The notes under the pieces were generated by a model. It searched no databases. It saw only the letters and a program-made list of their open reading frames with translations, and was not told the DNA's origin. A stretch of DNA of 64,000 nt from Squalus acanthias (taxonomy: Eukaryota): the NCBI GenBank assembly GCA_030390025.1, contig CM059432.1:148492001-148556000 (forward strand). The letters are read 5' to 3'. Positions 51,270 through 62,889 of the stretch are shown piece by piece. Position numbers and translations under genes: made by a program. How positions within the stretch are numbered: the first letter of the stretch is position 1; each line of letters starts with the position of its first letter.

Positions 51270-51552
51270 ATAGGTTTTAGCTACGCCTCACCATATCACT
51301 TTATATTTCGTGCTTTACCGCAAAAAATTAGCCATGCATTAATCAGCATTAGAATTCTGTATTATAACATTTCCTTTAATACTGAACATATATATGTATA
51401 TATAAAGAGCTAACTCTTGGCAAAGCCTGATCTAATAAACAACATACAACTTAATTAAATGAAAAGCTATTTTGGGCAGTTATTGTCCATCTGGCTTGTT
51501 GTTCACAGTGGCATGTGGCAGCTGGAGACATGATTTGCACCCTGTCACATAC

Positions 51553-51629
51553 CTGGACAGCAGCAGCTTGCCACGAAGTTGCAGATCAGCAGCACAGTCA
51601 TCTGATAAGCAGTTTCTTTCAAAAACAGT
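51553..51629 (-). CDS. itga9: Integrin alpha-9 coding exon (77 nt; most 5' exon found in window)
   Basis: Minus strand reads ttttacag|ACT GTT TTT GAA...TCC AG|gtatgt = TVFERNCLSDDCAADLQLRGKLLLS(S). Matches recalled ITGA9 TVFERNCRSEDCAADLQLQGKLLLSS; canonical AG/GT, ends in phase 2. Confidence 0.95.
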
Positions 51630-51839
51630 CTGTAAAATGAAGAAGAAATCAAGGCTCAGTCAGGCCACATACTGAGAGCGGTACGTTGCACTGATAGGAG
51701 TTGTGCTGAAAGGTGAAATGCATCAGTTTAGAAGAATAAAACAAACTATGTTTTCCAATTGTATTTTGTGTTTTTGAGGCTGTCCTAATTTTCACCTCTG
51801 TGCCCCAATTTTCCCTCCCCCCTCCCCATTTGTCCCTGA

Positions 51840-52312
51840 GTGTCAGCTGTGGCTCAGTGGGCAGCACCCTCGCCTCGGAGTCAGGAGGTTGTGGGTTCAA
51901 GTCCCGCTCCAGAGACTGGAGCACAAAAATCTAGGCTGACACTCCAGTGCAGTGCTGAGGGAGTGCCTGCACTGTCAGAGGTTCCGTCTTTTGGATGAGA
52001 TGTTAAACCGAGGCCCCGTCTGCTCTCTCAGGTGGACATGAAAGATCCCATGGCACTATTTCGAAGAAGAGCAGGGGAGTTATCCCCGGTGTCCTGGCCA
52101 ATATTTATCCCTCGACCAACATCACTAAAACAGATTATCTGGTCATTATCACATTGCTGTTTGTGGGAGCTTGCTGTGCGCAAATTGGCTGCCGCGTTTC
52201 CCACATTACAACAGTGACTACACTTCAAAAAGTACTTCAGTGGCTGTAAAGCACTTTGGGATGTCCGGTGGTCGTGAAAGGCGCTATAGAAATGTAAGTC
52301 TTTCTTTCTTTC
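51840..52312 (+). mobile_element. Full-length DeuSINE (SacSINE1-like)
   Basis: A box tggctcagtgg, B box ggttcaagtcc, Deu domain gatgagatgttaaaccgaggccccgtctgctctctcaggtggac..., L2-type tail and (CTTT)n. Confidence 0.9.
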
Positions 52313-54243
52313 ATTGTGTCTCAATTTTTAGTGTTGCACAAATATAAAAATGTTTTGTTTAAAGAAAGGTTTTGCCATCTGCAATCAACAACCTCAAACC
52401 CACTGACCTATCAACCAATCATCCTCCTTCAGCACTAATCTAATCTCTTCATTTGTTCATCCTCTTCTTCCGATCCACCCTCATCCGAATTGCAGTCTTA
52501 CCCAGACTACTTTGCCCTGCTCCCTGGTCATGACCCTATCCAGTCTTCCATTTAGAAGAAGCTAAATATCTCATTTAACATGTCAGAATAGTGGAATTAG
52601 CAGTTAAGAATATACATGACATTGCACGCAAACATTCAATGGGCTCCTTTAGAATGACTATACTTGTGGTGTTGAAGGTTGTAATAACCTATGGGATAAA
52701 CAGCAAAGTCTGTAGCAAATTGAATTTCTTAGACTAAATACAGCTTTTGGTGATTTGGGGCATTTGGTGAGGAGAGCAATTTATATAACTAGTATGTTCC
52801 TAGTAATTTTGCAGCATCTCAACTGTCTTACTGAGCAAAATAACCTAAAATCAGCACTTTTTTCAGTTATGGACTGCCAGCACTCATTCTAATTATGCAT
52901 GAAAGAACTAGATTGCCCATGCAATTTGAATATGTTGGCTCACTCTTAGCAAAAATGTTAAAATCAGCTTTTTTGCTTGTTTCAGATCATATGGAAACAT
53001 ATAACAACTCCATCATGACTGAACAAGGTGGGGCTTTCATTTCAGACATTCTGAAATTATACATTTAAACCTCCATCTTGTTTACTCCAAGGCCTATCTT
53101 TGTCCGATGTTGGTTATTCTCAGTTGCAATGGGTTTTCCCAGTTCTTGATGAGGCCATTAGGTGGAGCAGTACACCCTGGCAACTGCTGTGATGAGGCTA
53201 CATGAAGCTGAATGGAAGGGCCAGCCTTGAAGGGAGCTGCAAAAAAAAATCCACGGCTTAGCAAGCACCAAAGGAAGCCATGGAAAAGCTGATGGCTGGG
53301 CCAATCCTGAAGGAAGCGGTGGAAAAGTCCACAGTTTGCCCAGCCCTGGAGGAGGCTGTGGAAAAGCAAGGGGCCAAAAGAGCTCAACAATGAGATCATA
53401 CACTACTTCAGGCAAAGAATGTTGTTTCCAAACTGCTTCAAAAACATTCTCAGAGTGAAAGTAACACTTTTCACATTCTGGCTAAATGTGCCATACAAAG
53501 GAACTCGTTAATCACTTCACTTTGACATAATGGCGCTGGTCAGCAAAAGAGTGGATAAAAACACAAAACACCCAATAAATGTCAAGCATGTTAGTGAAGA
53601 AACCTCATCTGGGACTTCTTCCATATAGATTTTATTTGTTCATGTTCAATTGAGCCAAACTTTATTGCCTTTTTTCACATGGATTTTTTTTCTCTAGTTT
53701 AAGATTTTTTTTTACCATAGTAACCCAATGAGACAGCGCATCTACAATGGGTCCGCCAACATCCAGAGGAAATAGCATGGGTTGTGGAGGCACTCACAAG
53801 AACCCTGGAGTAATCGCCTTCTTCTTGCGATTGAAGTCATAAGATCCTTATCAGGAGCCAAGTTTGACAGGCAGAACCCTGACTTAATACAGTGAGGGCT
53901 GGAATGACCTTTTCAGCTTTCAAAAAGAAAGTGCAACATTCCTATTAAATTGTAACTACAAAAAATCATTTCATGCCCATTTCCAACACTGCTAATATAA
54001 TTTAAACAAAGAGAATAAACCAAAGCCATCTTCTAAATGTCAGTTAAGTTCTCTGATTTTCATTAGGTGGAAAATTAGATTTGGGTTGCAATTTTGTTTT
54101 GACAAGTTTCCCACCATCTTTTCTGTTTGTTTGTTTGTTTGTTTTTTGCATGATGTTGAAAACTACCAGTTTAACTTGTATGTATTGGAATCCAACCAAG
54201 TTTAAACTTGATGCAATCTTCCTTGTAATATTCAAGTAATATC

Positions 54244-54387
54244 AAAGTATTCAAGGCATCAAGGGGTATGGGGAGAGAGCGGGAATATGGTATTGAGATA
54301 GAGGATCAGCCATGATCATATTGAATGGCGGAGCAGGCTCGAAGGGCCGAAGGGCCGACTCCTGCTCCTATTTTTCTATGTTTCTAA
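54244..54387 (+). mobile_element. CR1 3' tail fragment
   Basis: aaggggtatggggagagagcggg...gatcagccatgatcatattgaatggcggagcaggctcgaagggccgaa. Confidence 0.85.
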
Positions 54388-54832
54388 GAGATCACCAAAG
54401 ACTAGTGCTGTGATCTGCCTATGAGGTGACAATTTATGTTCCATGGTGACTGGCGATCTCACAAACCCTGCTTGAATGATGGCTGGAATTCCCTTTGTAA
54501 GACCTGCAAGATCTTCCCTCAGATTGACCACATGCAATTCACTCCGTGGGTCACAACATAACGTGCAGCACTCGCTGTGATATTTGAATTATCCCACGTA
54601 GTAGACTGAATGCAACCAATCTGAAGCCCAAAGCACAAAGAAGTACTCGCCAGTCTTCGACCCACAGACATGTGATGAGTGTCCTATTGATGCATTATTA
54701 TTCTTGCCTTGAAGGTTAACTCATCAACATCTTTATCCAAATTCTCTGTCTTATGCACCGTCAAGATGGTGTCTTGATCCAAGCTGAGCCACCTTCCCCA
54801 CAATTTCTCCTTTATTTCATTACTGGTGCCAT

Positions 54833-55193
54833 CACCAAACTAGCCAGCAACAAACCAGCCAGCACCAAAACATCCAAAACCAAACCAGCCAAAACCAAAC
54901 TAGCCAGCACCAAAACATCCAAAACCAAACCAGCCAAAACCAAACCAGCCAAAACCAAACCAGCCAGCACCAAACCAGCCAAAACCAAACCAGCCAGCAC
55001 CAAACCAGCCAAAACCAAAACATCCAAAACCAAACCAGCCAAAACCAAACCAGCCAGCACCAAAACAGCCAAAACCAAACCAGCCAAAACCAAACCAGCC
55101 AGCACCAAACCAGCCAAAACCAAAACATCCAAAACCAAACCAGCCAAAACCAAACCAGCCAGCACCAAAACAGCCAAAACCAGAACAGCCAAA
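54833..55193. repeat. 15-bp minisatellite (ACCAAACCAGCCAAA and variants), about 24 units
   Basis: Direct tandem periodicity. Confidence 0.95.
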
Positions 55194-56107
55194 TCTGTTT
55201 TTGCAGCCTTTCGGTCCCTTACAGTTTTTGGCATTCTCTACCTAATTTTTCACCCAGACATCAAAGAATAATTTCTAACTCATTCAGATGCTTAACTAGC
55301 ATAATTGTTGGTCTTAATTCTCCACTGGTACATATTTGTGTTACTATTGTGAACATTATGCAAGAAAATGCTGAAAATTTATTTTTCCCCATATGCAAGT
55401 GTCTAAAACCTGCCTAAAAGCTTTCTGTCTACTATTTTGAAAGTAACTGCACAGTATTTTGATTTTTCTATCAAAATACTAATGAAATAAATCTTCAATT
55501 AACTCTGCTGACTCGGACATTCTCTTAGTTTACGTTGACCTAGGCTTTGGAAAGCTGATTGCATCACTTCCTGCAGTGTCCATTCCACAGGTTTTAGTAA
55601 TTTGCTTATTCTGTTCAGAACTAACTGCATAAACAAGTGTCATTTGAAACAGGCATCGTGACCACATTGGAGGAATATTTGGGCATCCCCTCCAAAAACT
55701 CAGCTCAATCGCTGCCATTGTAAGAAATGTGCTCCGCAGCTGGTCTGTACCTGCTGCGGGTCAAACTTTGCAATACGATTTTATGTTTTTAGATTAGCAC
55801 CAAATAAATACCAAAGCTAATCATTCTGTTTTGCCTGGAGAAGAATAGCACAACAACATTTTATATATATATAGTAAAGCTCCCTCTACACTGTCCCATC
55901 AAACACTCCCAGGGCAGGTACAGCACGGGTCAGATACAGAGTAAAGCTCCCTCTACACTGTCCCATCAAACACTCCCAGGGCAGGTACAGCCCGGGTTAG
56001 ATACAGAGTAAAGCTCCCTCTACACTGTCCCATCAAACACTCCCAGGGCAGGTACAGCCCGGGTTAGATACAGAGTAAAGCTCCCTCTACACTGTCCCAT
56101 CAAACAC

Positions 56108-56835
56108 AATTGAGAGGTCGCACAACACCAGGTTATAGTCCAACAGTTTTATTTGAAATCACAAGCTTTCGGAACTATCGCTCCTTCCTCAGGTGAAGTA
56201 AATTGGATACAGAATCGTCAGAGCATATATAGATGGAAAAAAAAGCATGTGTACTTTACAATTGCAGACCAATAAATTAAATCATCCTGACTATCTGCCG
56301 AGGTGTGATAAAGTTAATTAAGTCAGCCAGGAAGGTACCACATCAAAAGACATAGCAAGATACAACTGAGACAATGAGGTGAAGTCGCAGGGGTTCTAAC
56401 GTGTCAAAAGCTGCCGTCTGTATGTAAAACGAAAAGCTTTAAAAAAAAAAAAAATTTACTTTTTTACTGGGAAAATTTTTACTTTTTTACTGGGAATCAC
56501 ATCTGTGAACAAGCTAACGACGACTCGAGTCCGGATCACGTCATGTATCGTGACATAAACCCAAGATCCCGATTGAGACCGTCTTCATGAGTGCAGAACT
56601 TGGCTATCAGTTTCTGCTCGATGATTTTGCGTTGTCGTGTGTTTCTAAGGTTGCCTTGGAGAACGCTTACCCGCAGATCCGAGGCTGAATGTCCTTGACT
56701 GCTGAAGTGTTCCCCGACTGGGAGGTAACAATCCTGCCTGGCGATTGTTGCGCGGTGCTCGTTCATACGTTGTCTCAGTGTCTGCATGGTCTCGTCGATG
56801 TACCATGCCGCGGTGCATTCTTTCCTGCAACGTAT
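56108..56835 (-). mobile_element. 5'-truncated Penelope-like retroelement (GIY-YIG endonuclease C-terminus plus pLTR)
   Basis: IRCRKECTAAWYIDETMQTLRQRMNEHR...PVGEHF...EQKLIAKFCTHEDGLNRD; terminal sequence shared with the 6.3-kb and 15.8-kb copies; 10-bp TSD CATCAAACAC. Confidence 0.88.
56159..56196 (-). ncRNA. Minimal hammerhead ribozyme motif in the Penelope pLTR
   Basis: TCAC-CTGAGGA-A-GGAGC-GATA-GTTCC-GAAA-GC-TT-GTGA; stem II is retained with one G-U pair. Confidence 0.65.
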
Positions 56836-59800
56836 CATCAAACACTCCCAGGGCAGGTACAGCACGGGGTTGGATACAGAGTAAAGCTCCCTCTACACTG
56901 TCCCATCAAACACTCCCAGGGCAGGTACAGCACGGGTTAGATACAGAGTAATGATCCCTCTACACTGTCCCATCAAACACTCCCAGGGCAGGTACAGCAC
57001 GGGTTAGATACAGAGTAAAGCTCCCTCTACACTGTCCCATTAAACACTCCCAGGACAGGTACAGCACGGGTTAGATACAGAGTAAAGCTCCCTCTACACT
57101 GTCCCATCAAACACTCCCAGGGCAGGTACAGCACGGGTTAGATACAGAGTAAAGCTCCCTCTACACTGTCCCATCAAACACTCCCAGGGCAGGTACAGCA
57201 CGGGGTTGGATACAGAGTAAAGCTCCCTCTACACTGTCCCATCAAACACTCCCAGGGCAGGTACAGCACGGGTTAGATACAGAGTAAAGCTCCCTCTACA
57301 CTGTCCCATCAAACACACCCAGGGCAGGTACAACACAGGTTAGATACAGAGTAAAGCTCCCTCTACACTGTCCCATCAAACAGTCCCAGGAAAGGTACAG
57401 CACGGGTTAGATACAGAGTAAAGCTCCCTCTACACTGTCCCATCAAACAGTCCCAGGGCAGGTACAGCACGGGGTTAGATACTGAGTAAAGCTCCCTCTA
57501 CCCCGTCCTATCAAACACTCCCAGGGCAGGTACAGCACGGGTTAGATACTGAGTAAAGCTCCCTTTACACTGTCCCATCAAACACTCCCAGGGCAGGTAC
57601 AGCACGGGTTAGATACAGAGTAAAGCTCCCACTACACTAACTCATCAAACAATCCCAGGGCAGGTACAGCACGGGTTAGATACAGAGTAAAGCTCCCTCT
57701 ACACTGTCCCATCAAACACTCCCAGGGCAGGTACAGCACGGGTTAGATACAGAGTAAAGCTCCCTCTACACTGTCCCATCAAACACTCCCAGGGCAGGTA
57801 CAGCACGGGTTGGATACAGAGTTAAGCTCCCTCTACACTGTCCCATCAAATACTCCCAGGACAGGTACAGCACGGGTTAGATACAGAGAAAAGCTCCCCC
57901 AACACTGTCCCCATCAAACACTCCCAGGGCAGGTACAGCACGGGTTAGATACAGAGTAAAGCTCCCTCTACACGGTACCATCAAATACTCCCAGGACAGG
58001 TACAGCACGGGTTGGATGCAGAGTAAAGCTCCCTCTACACTGTCCCATCAAACACTCCCAGGGCAGGTACAGTACGGGTTAGATACAGAGTAAAGCTCCC
58101 TCTACACGGTACCATCAAATACTCCCAGGGCAGGTACAGCACGGGTTAGATATGGAGTAAAGCTCCCTCTACACTGTCCCATCAAACACTCCCAGGGCAG
58201 GTACAGCACGGGTTAGATACAGAGTAAAGCTCCCTCTACACTGTCCCCATCAAACACTCCCAGGGCAGGTACAGCACGGGTTAGATACGGAGTAAAGCTC
58301 CCTCTACACTGTCCCATCAAACACTCCCAGGGCAGGTACAGCACGGGTTAGATACAGAGTAAAGCTCCCTCTACACTGTCCCATCAAACACTCCCAGGGC
58401 AGGTACAGCACGGGTCAGATACAGAGTAAAGCTCCCTCTACACTGCCCCATCAAACACTCCCAGGGCAGGTACAGCCCGGGTTAGATACAGAGTAAAGCT
58501 CCCTCTACACTGTCCCATCAAACACTCCCAGGGCAGGTACAGCACGGGTTAGATACAGAGTAAAGCTCCCTCTACACTGTCCCATCAAACACTCCCAGGG
58601 CAGGTACAGCACGGGTTGGATACAGAGTAAAGCTCCCTCTACACTGTCCCATCAAACACTCCCAGGGCAGGTACAGCACGGGTTAGATACAGAGTAATGA
58701 TCCCTCTACACTGTCCCATCAAACACTCCCAGGGCAGGTACAGCACGGGTTAGATACAGAGTAAAGCTCCCTCTACACTGTCCCATCAAACACTCCCAGG
58801 ACAGGTACAGCACGGGTTAGATACAGAGTAAAGCTCCCTCTACACTGTCCCATCAAACACTCCCAGGGCAGGTACAGCACGGGTTAGATACAGAGTAAAG
58901 CTCCCTCTACACTGTCCCATCAAACACTCCCAGGGCAGGTACAGCACGGGGTTGGATACAGAGTAAAGCTCCCTCTACACTGTCCCATCAAACACTCCCA
59001 GGGCAGGTACAGCACGGGTTAGATACAGAGTAAAGCTCCCTCTACACTGTCCCATCAAACACACCCAGGGCAGGTACAACACAGGTTAGATACAGAGTAA
59101 AGCTCCCTCTACACTGTCCCATCAAACAGTCCCAGGAAAGGTACAGCACGGGTTAGATACAGAGTAAAGCTCCCTCTACACTGTCCCATCAAACAGTCCC
59201 AGGGCAGGTACAGCACGGGGTTAGATACTGAGTAAAGCTCCCTCTACCCCGTCCCATCAAACACTCCCAGGGCAGGTACAGCACGGGGTTAGATACTGAG
59301 TAAAGCTCCCTTTACACTGTCCCATCAAACACTCCCAGGACAGGTACAGCATGGGTTAGAGACAGAGTAAAGCTCCCTCTACACTAACTCATCAAACAAT
59401 CCCAGGGCAGGTACAGCACGGGTTAGATACAGAGTAAAGCTCCCTCTACACTGTCCCATCAAACACTCCCAGGGCAGGTACAGCACGGGTTAGATACAGA
59501 GTAAAGCTCCCTCTACACTGTCCCATCAAACACTCCCAGGGCAGGTACAGCACGGGTTGGATACAGAGTTAAGCTCCCTCTACACTGTCCCATCAAATAC
59601 TCCCAGGACAGGTACAGCACGGGTTAGATACAGAGAAAAGCTCCCCCTACACTGTCCCCATCAAACACTCCCAGGGCAGGTACAGCACGGGTTAGATATG
59701 GAGTAAAGCTCCCTCTACACTGTCCCATCAAACACTCCCAGGGCAGGTACAGCACGGGTTGGATGCAGAGTAAAGCTCCCTCTACACTGTCCCATCAAAC

Positions 59801-60930
59801 ACTCCCAGGGCAGGTACAGTACGGGTTAGATACAGAGTAAAGCTCCCTCTACACGGTACCATCAAATACTCCCAGGGCAGGTACAGCACGGGTTAGATAT
59901 GGAGTAAAGCTCCCTCTACACTGTCCCATCAAACACTCCCAGGGCAGGTACAGCACGGGTTAGATACAGAGTAAAGCTCCCTCTACACTGTCCCCATCAA
60001 ACACTCCCAGGGCAGGTACAGCACGGGTTAGATACGGAGTAAAGCTCCCTCTACACTGTCCCATCAAACACTCCCAGGGCAGGTACAGCACGGGTTAGAT
60101 ACAGAGTAAAGCTCCCTCTACACTGTCCCATCAAACACTCCCAGGGCAGGTACAGCACGGGTTAGATACAGAGTAAAGCTCCCTCTACACTGTCCCATCA
60201 AACACTCCCAGGGCAGGTACAGCACGGGTTAGATACAGAGTAAAGCTCCCTCTACACGGTACCATCAAACACTCCCAGGGCAAGTACAGCACGGGTTAGA
60301 TACAGAGTAAAGCTCCCTCTACACTGTCCCCATCAAACACTCCCAGGGCAGGTACAGCATGGGTTAGATACAGAGTAAAGCTCCCTCTACACTGTCCCAA
60401 CAAACACTCCCAGGGCAGGTACAGCACGGGTTAGATATGGAATAAAGCTCCCTCTACTCCGTCCCATCAAACATTCCCAGGGCAGGTACAGCACGGGTTA
60501 GATACAGAGTAAAGCTCCCTCTACTCCGTCCCATCAAACACTCCCAGGGCAGGTACAGCACGGGTTAGATACAGAGTAAAGCTCCCTCCACACGGTACCA
60601 TCAAACACTCCCAGGGCAGGTACAGCACGGGTTAGATATGGAGTAAAGTTCTCTCTACACTGAAACTCTAGAATTCCAAAACATGCCAGCAGATTCCTAC
60701 AGTTGTTTACAAAGAGCAAATAGCTGGATTGAAAAGTGACCTTTCACTCATCCACAATTGTAACTCAATTGGAGCCAACCTTTCAAAAATGTAGCATTGC
60801 TGTTAGTGCCAACTGACATCGAACTGGTCAAAAAACTTCCGGAAGAGCAATATAGTCCCACACTGAAAATTTAACCTTGGATAGTGGGTAGAGTAACTGT
60901 CCAATGGATAGAGTAACTATTATCCAAATA

Positions 60931-61295
60931 CAGGAAACTCTTTATTAACCGGCACCGACGGGACCAGCGTGGTGCCGGTTAATCAAAAAGTCTGGATAAC
61001 GGAGAGTTATATCTCCCAATGTACGAGAGCCCCGTACACATTGACATGCGCCTGCATTCGGAGCTCCGTCTCCCCGGGGACCGCCAGCTGACCATCTGTC
61101 GTGTCCGCTGCCTACCCGGGCTGCACATTCCCCTCCCAATCTACACGCTCCGATACAAGGCAAACGCCTCGGGGGGTTTTTTTAAAGTTAATTTTAAACG
61201 AGAGATGAAGGAAAACCCCGGTTACCTACTCAAGAATTTTGCCGGTTAAGAGAGATTTCTGGATATTTGGGTGCCGGTTAATAAAGAGTTTACTG
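60931..61295. mobile_element. Tigger/pogo-like MITE
   Basis: 26-bp TIRs CAGGAAACTCTTTATTAACCGGCACC / GGTGCCGGTTAATAAAGAGTTTACTG; TA on the left, TT on the right. Confidence 0.8.
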
Positions 61296-61704
61296 TTCAT
61301 TGTGAATAAAAGCTCAAAGGAATATAGGAATATCCTGTAAATATAAAACAATCCCCTCCAGCCTTGGGGGGGCGGCGGTGGGGTCAGGGGAGATCGAAGG
61401 CCGGAGGGGGGATTGGAGGCATTGGGGGAGGAGAGAGATCGGAAAATCTGGAGGGGAGGGGGGAGATCGTGGCTCGGTGGGGGGGGTATCTGATCGCGGG
61501 TGGGGGGGAGGAGTGGAAGCAGAGAAGCTGGATCCAGCAGGGAAGTGGAAAGATATTTTTATTTACCTGCTAGATCCAGCAGTCCTCGCTTTCATTTAGC
61601 TGCTGGGTTAATTTTAAATGGAGACTCCCCCTCCCCCCACTGCGTTCGTTAAAACCAGAAATGGGTGGGTTCGAGACAGGTTTGAGATTTTTAACATCCC
61701 ACCT

Positions 61705-62085
61705 GAAACTTATAAAATTCTAACAGGACTAGACAGACTAGATGCAGGAAGGATGTTCCCGATGGCGGGGGGGTCCAGAACCAGGGGTCACAGTCTAAGG
61801 ATAAGGGGTAAGCCATTTAGGACTGATAGGAGGAGGAATTTCTTCACCCAGAGGGTGGTGAACCTGTGGAATTCTCTACCACAGAAGGCAGTTGAGGCCA
61901 ATTCATTAAATATATTCAAGAAGGAGTTAGATATATTTCTTAAAGCTATAGGGATCAAGGGATATGGGGAGAAAGCAGGGACAGGGTACTGAATTTGGAT
62001 GATCAGCCATGATCTCATCGAATGGCGGAGCAGGCTAGAGGGGCCGAATGGCCTACTCCTGCTCCTATCTTCTATGTTTCTATGA
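61705..62085 (+). mobile_element. CR1 3' fragment, inserted in a G-rich MITE-like remnant (about 61345-62130)
   Basis: ETYKILTGLDRLDAGRMFP...GYGEKAGTGY plus 3' UTR; same subfamily as 21943-22783. Confidence 0.9.
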
Positions 62086-62279
62086 CACAAACCCACCCGT
62101 TTTTGGGGGGGTTTCGGTTTTGATAAGCCTCTAAAGTCAGGCCGCCTGGAACATAAGAAATGGATGACTCTGAATAAACTGGCTCCTAAACATCATATGG
62201 ATTGAGTCCTTTCAGTTCCAGTAATGAAATGAAGGAGAAATTGTGGGGAAGGTGGCTCAGCTTGGATCAAGACACCATC

Positions 62280-62750
62280 TTGGATCAAGAAACTCGACAC
62301 CATCCAGGACAAAGCAGTCCGCTTGATTGGCACCCCATCCACCACCTTAAATATTCACTCCCTCCACCACCAGTGCACCGTGGCTGCAGTGTGTACCATC
62401 TACAAGATGCACTGCAGCAACTCGCCAAGGCTTCTTCGGCAGTACCTCCCAAACCCATGACCTCTTCCACCTAGAAGGACAAGGGCAGCAGGCTCATGGG
62501 AACACCACCACCTCCAAGTTCCCCTCCAAGTCACACACCATCCTGACTTAGAAATATATCGCCGTTCCTTCATCGTCACTGGGTTAAACTCCTGGAACTC
62601 CCTCCCTAACAGCACTGTGGGAGCACCTTCACCACATGGACTGCAGCGGTTCAAGGCGGCGGCTCACCACCACCTTTTCAAGGGGCAACTAGGGATGGGC
62701 AATAAATGCTGGCCTTGTCAGCGACGCCCACATTCCATAAAAACAAATTA
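62280..62750 (+). mobile_element. 3' fragment of the second CR1-group LINE family
   Basis: KKLDTIQDKAV...CTIYKMHCSNSPRLLRQ; tail agggatgggcaataaatgctggccttgtcagcgacgcccacatt. Confidence 0.88.
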
Positions 62751-62889
62751 AAAAAAAAGAGACATCTTTGATTGAAAGATGGTAGGAAACAAGCCCGGAT
62801 AAATAACCTTTACATTTTCTCATTAATGTAATGGTGTTGTGAACGGGAATCCCTTGTTGGAAGCAATGGCGCCACTGGTTAGTTATACA

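Larger units (their letters stand above)
55874..60660. repeat. 67-bp satellite, about 60 units (GTAAAGCTCCCTCTACACTGTCCCATCAAACACTCCCAGGGCAGGTACAGCACGGGTTAGATACAGA), interrupted at 56108-56835
   Basis: Direct periodicity of 67 nt (e.g. 55874 to 55941). Confidence 0.97.

Noticed and set aside
51840..51915. tRNA gene candidates (also at 22052, 20227, 25145 and 14855)
   Set aside because: The A/B boxes continue into SINE bodies, so these are SINE heads.
53395..53455. Candidate upstream itga9 exon (minus strand ENVFEAVW, resembling PIVFEAAY)
   Set aside because: Only VFEA matches; the flanking residues do not fit and no supporting splice sites were identified.
54753..55271. Histone H1-like Lys/Pro/Ala-rich ORF
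   Set aside because: 15-bp tandem repeat with no globular domain.
55874..60660. Possible CRISPR-like array
   Set aside because: Head-to-tail repeats with no unique spacers, no cas genes, and a vertebrate intron context.
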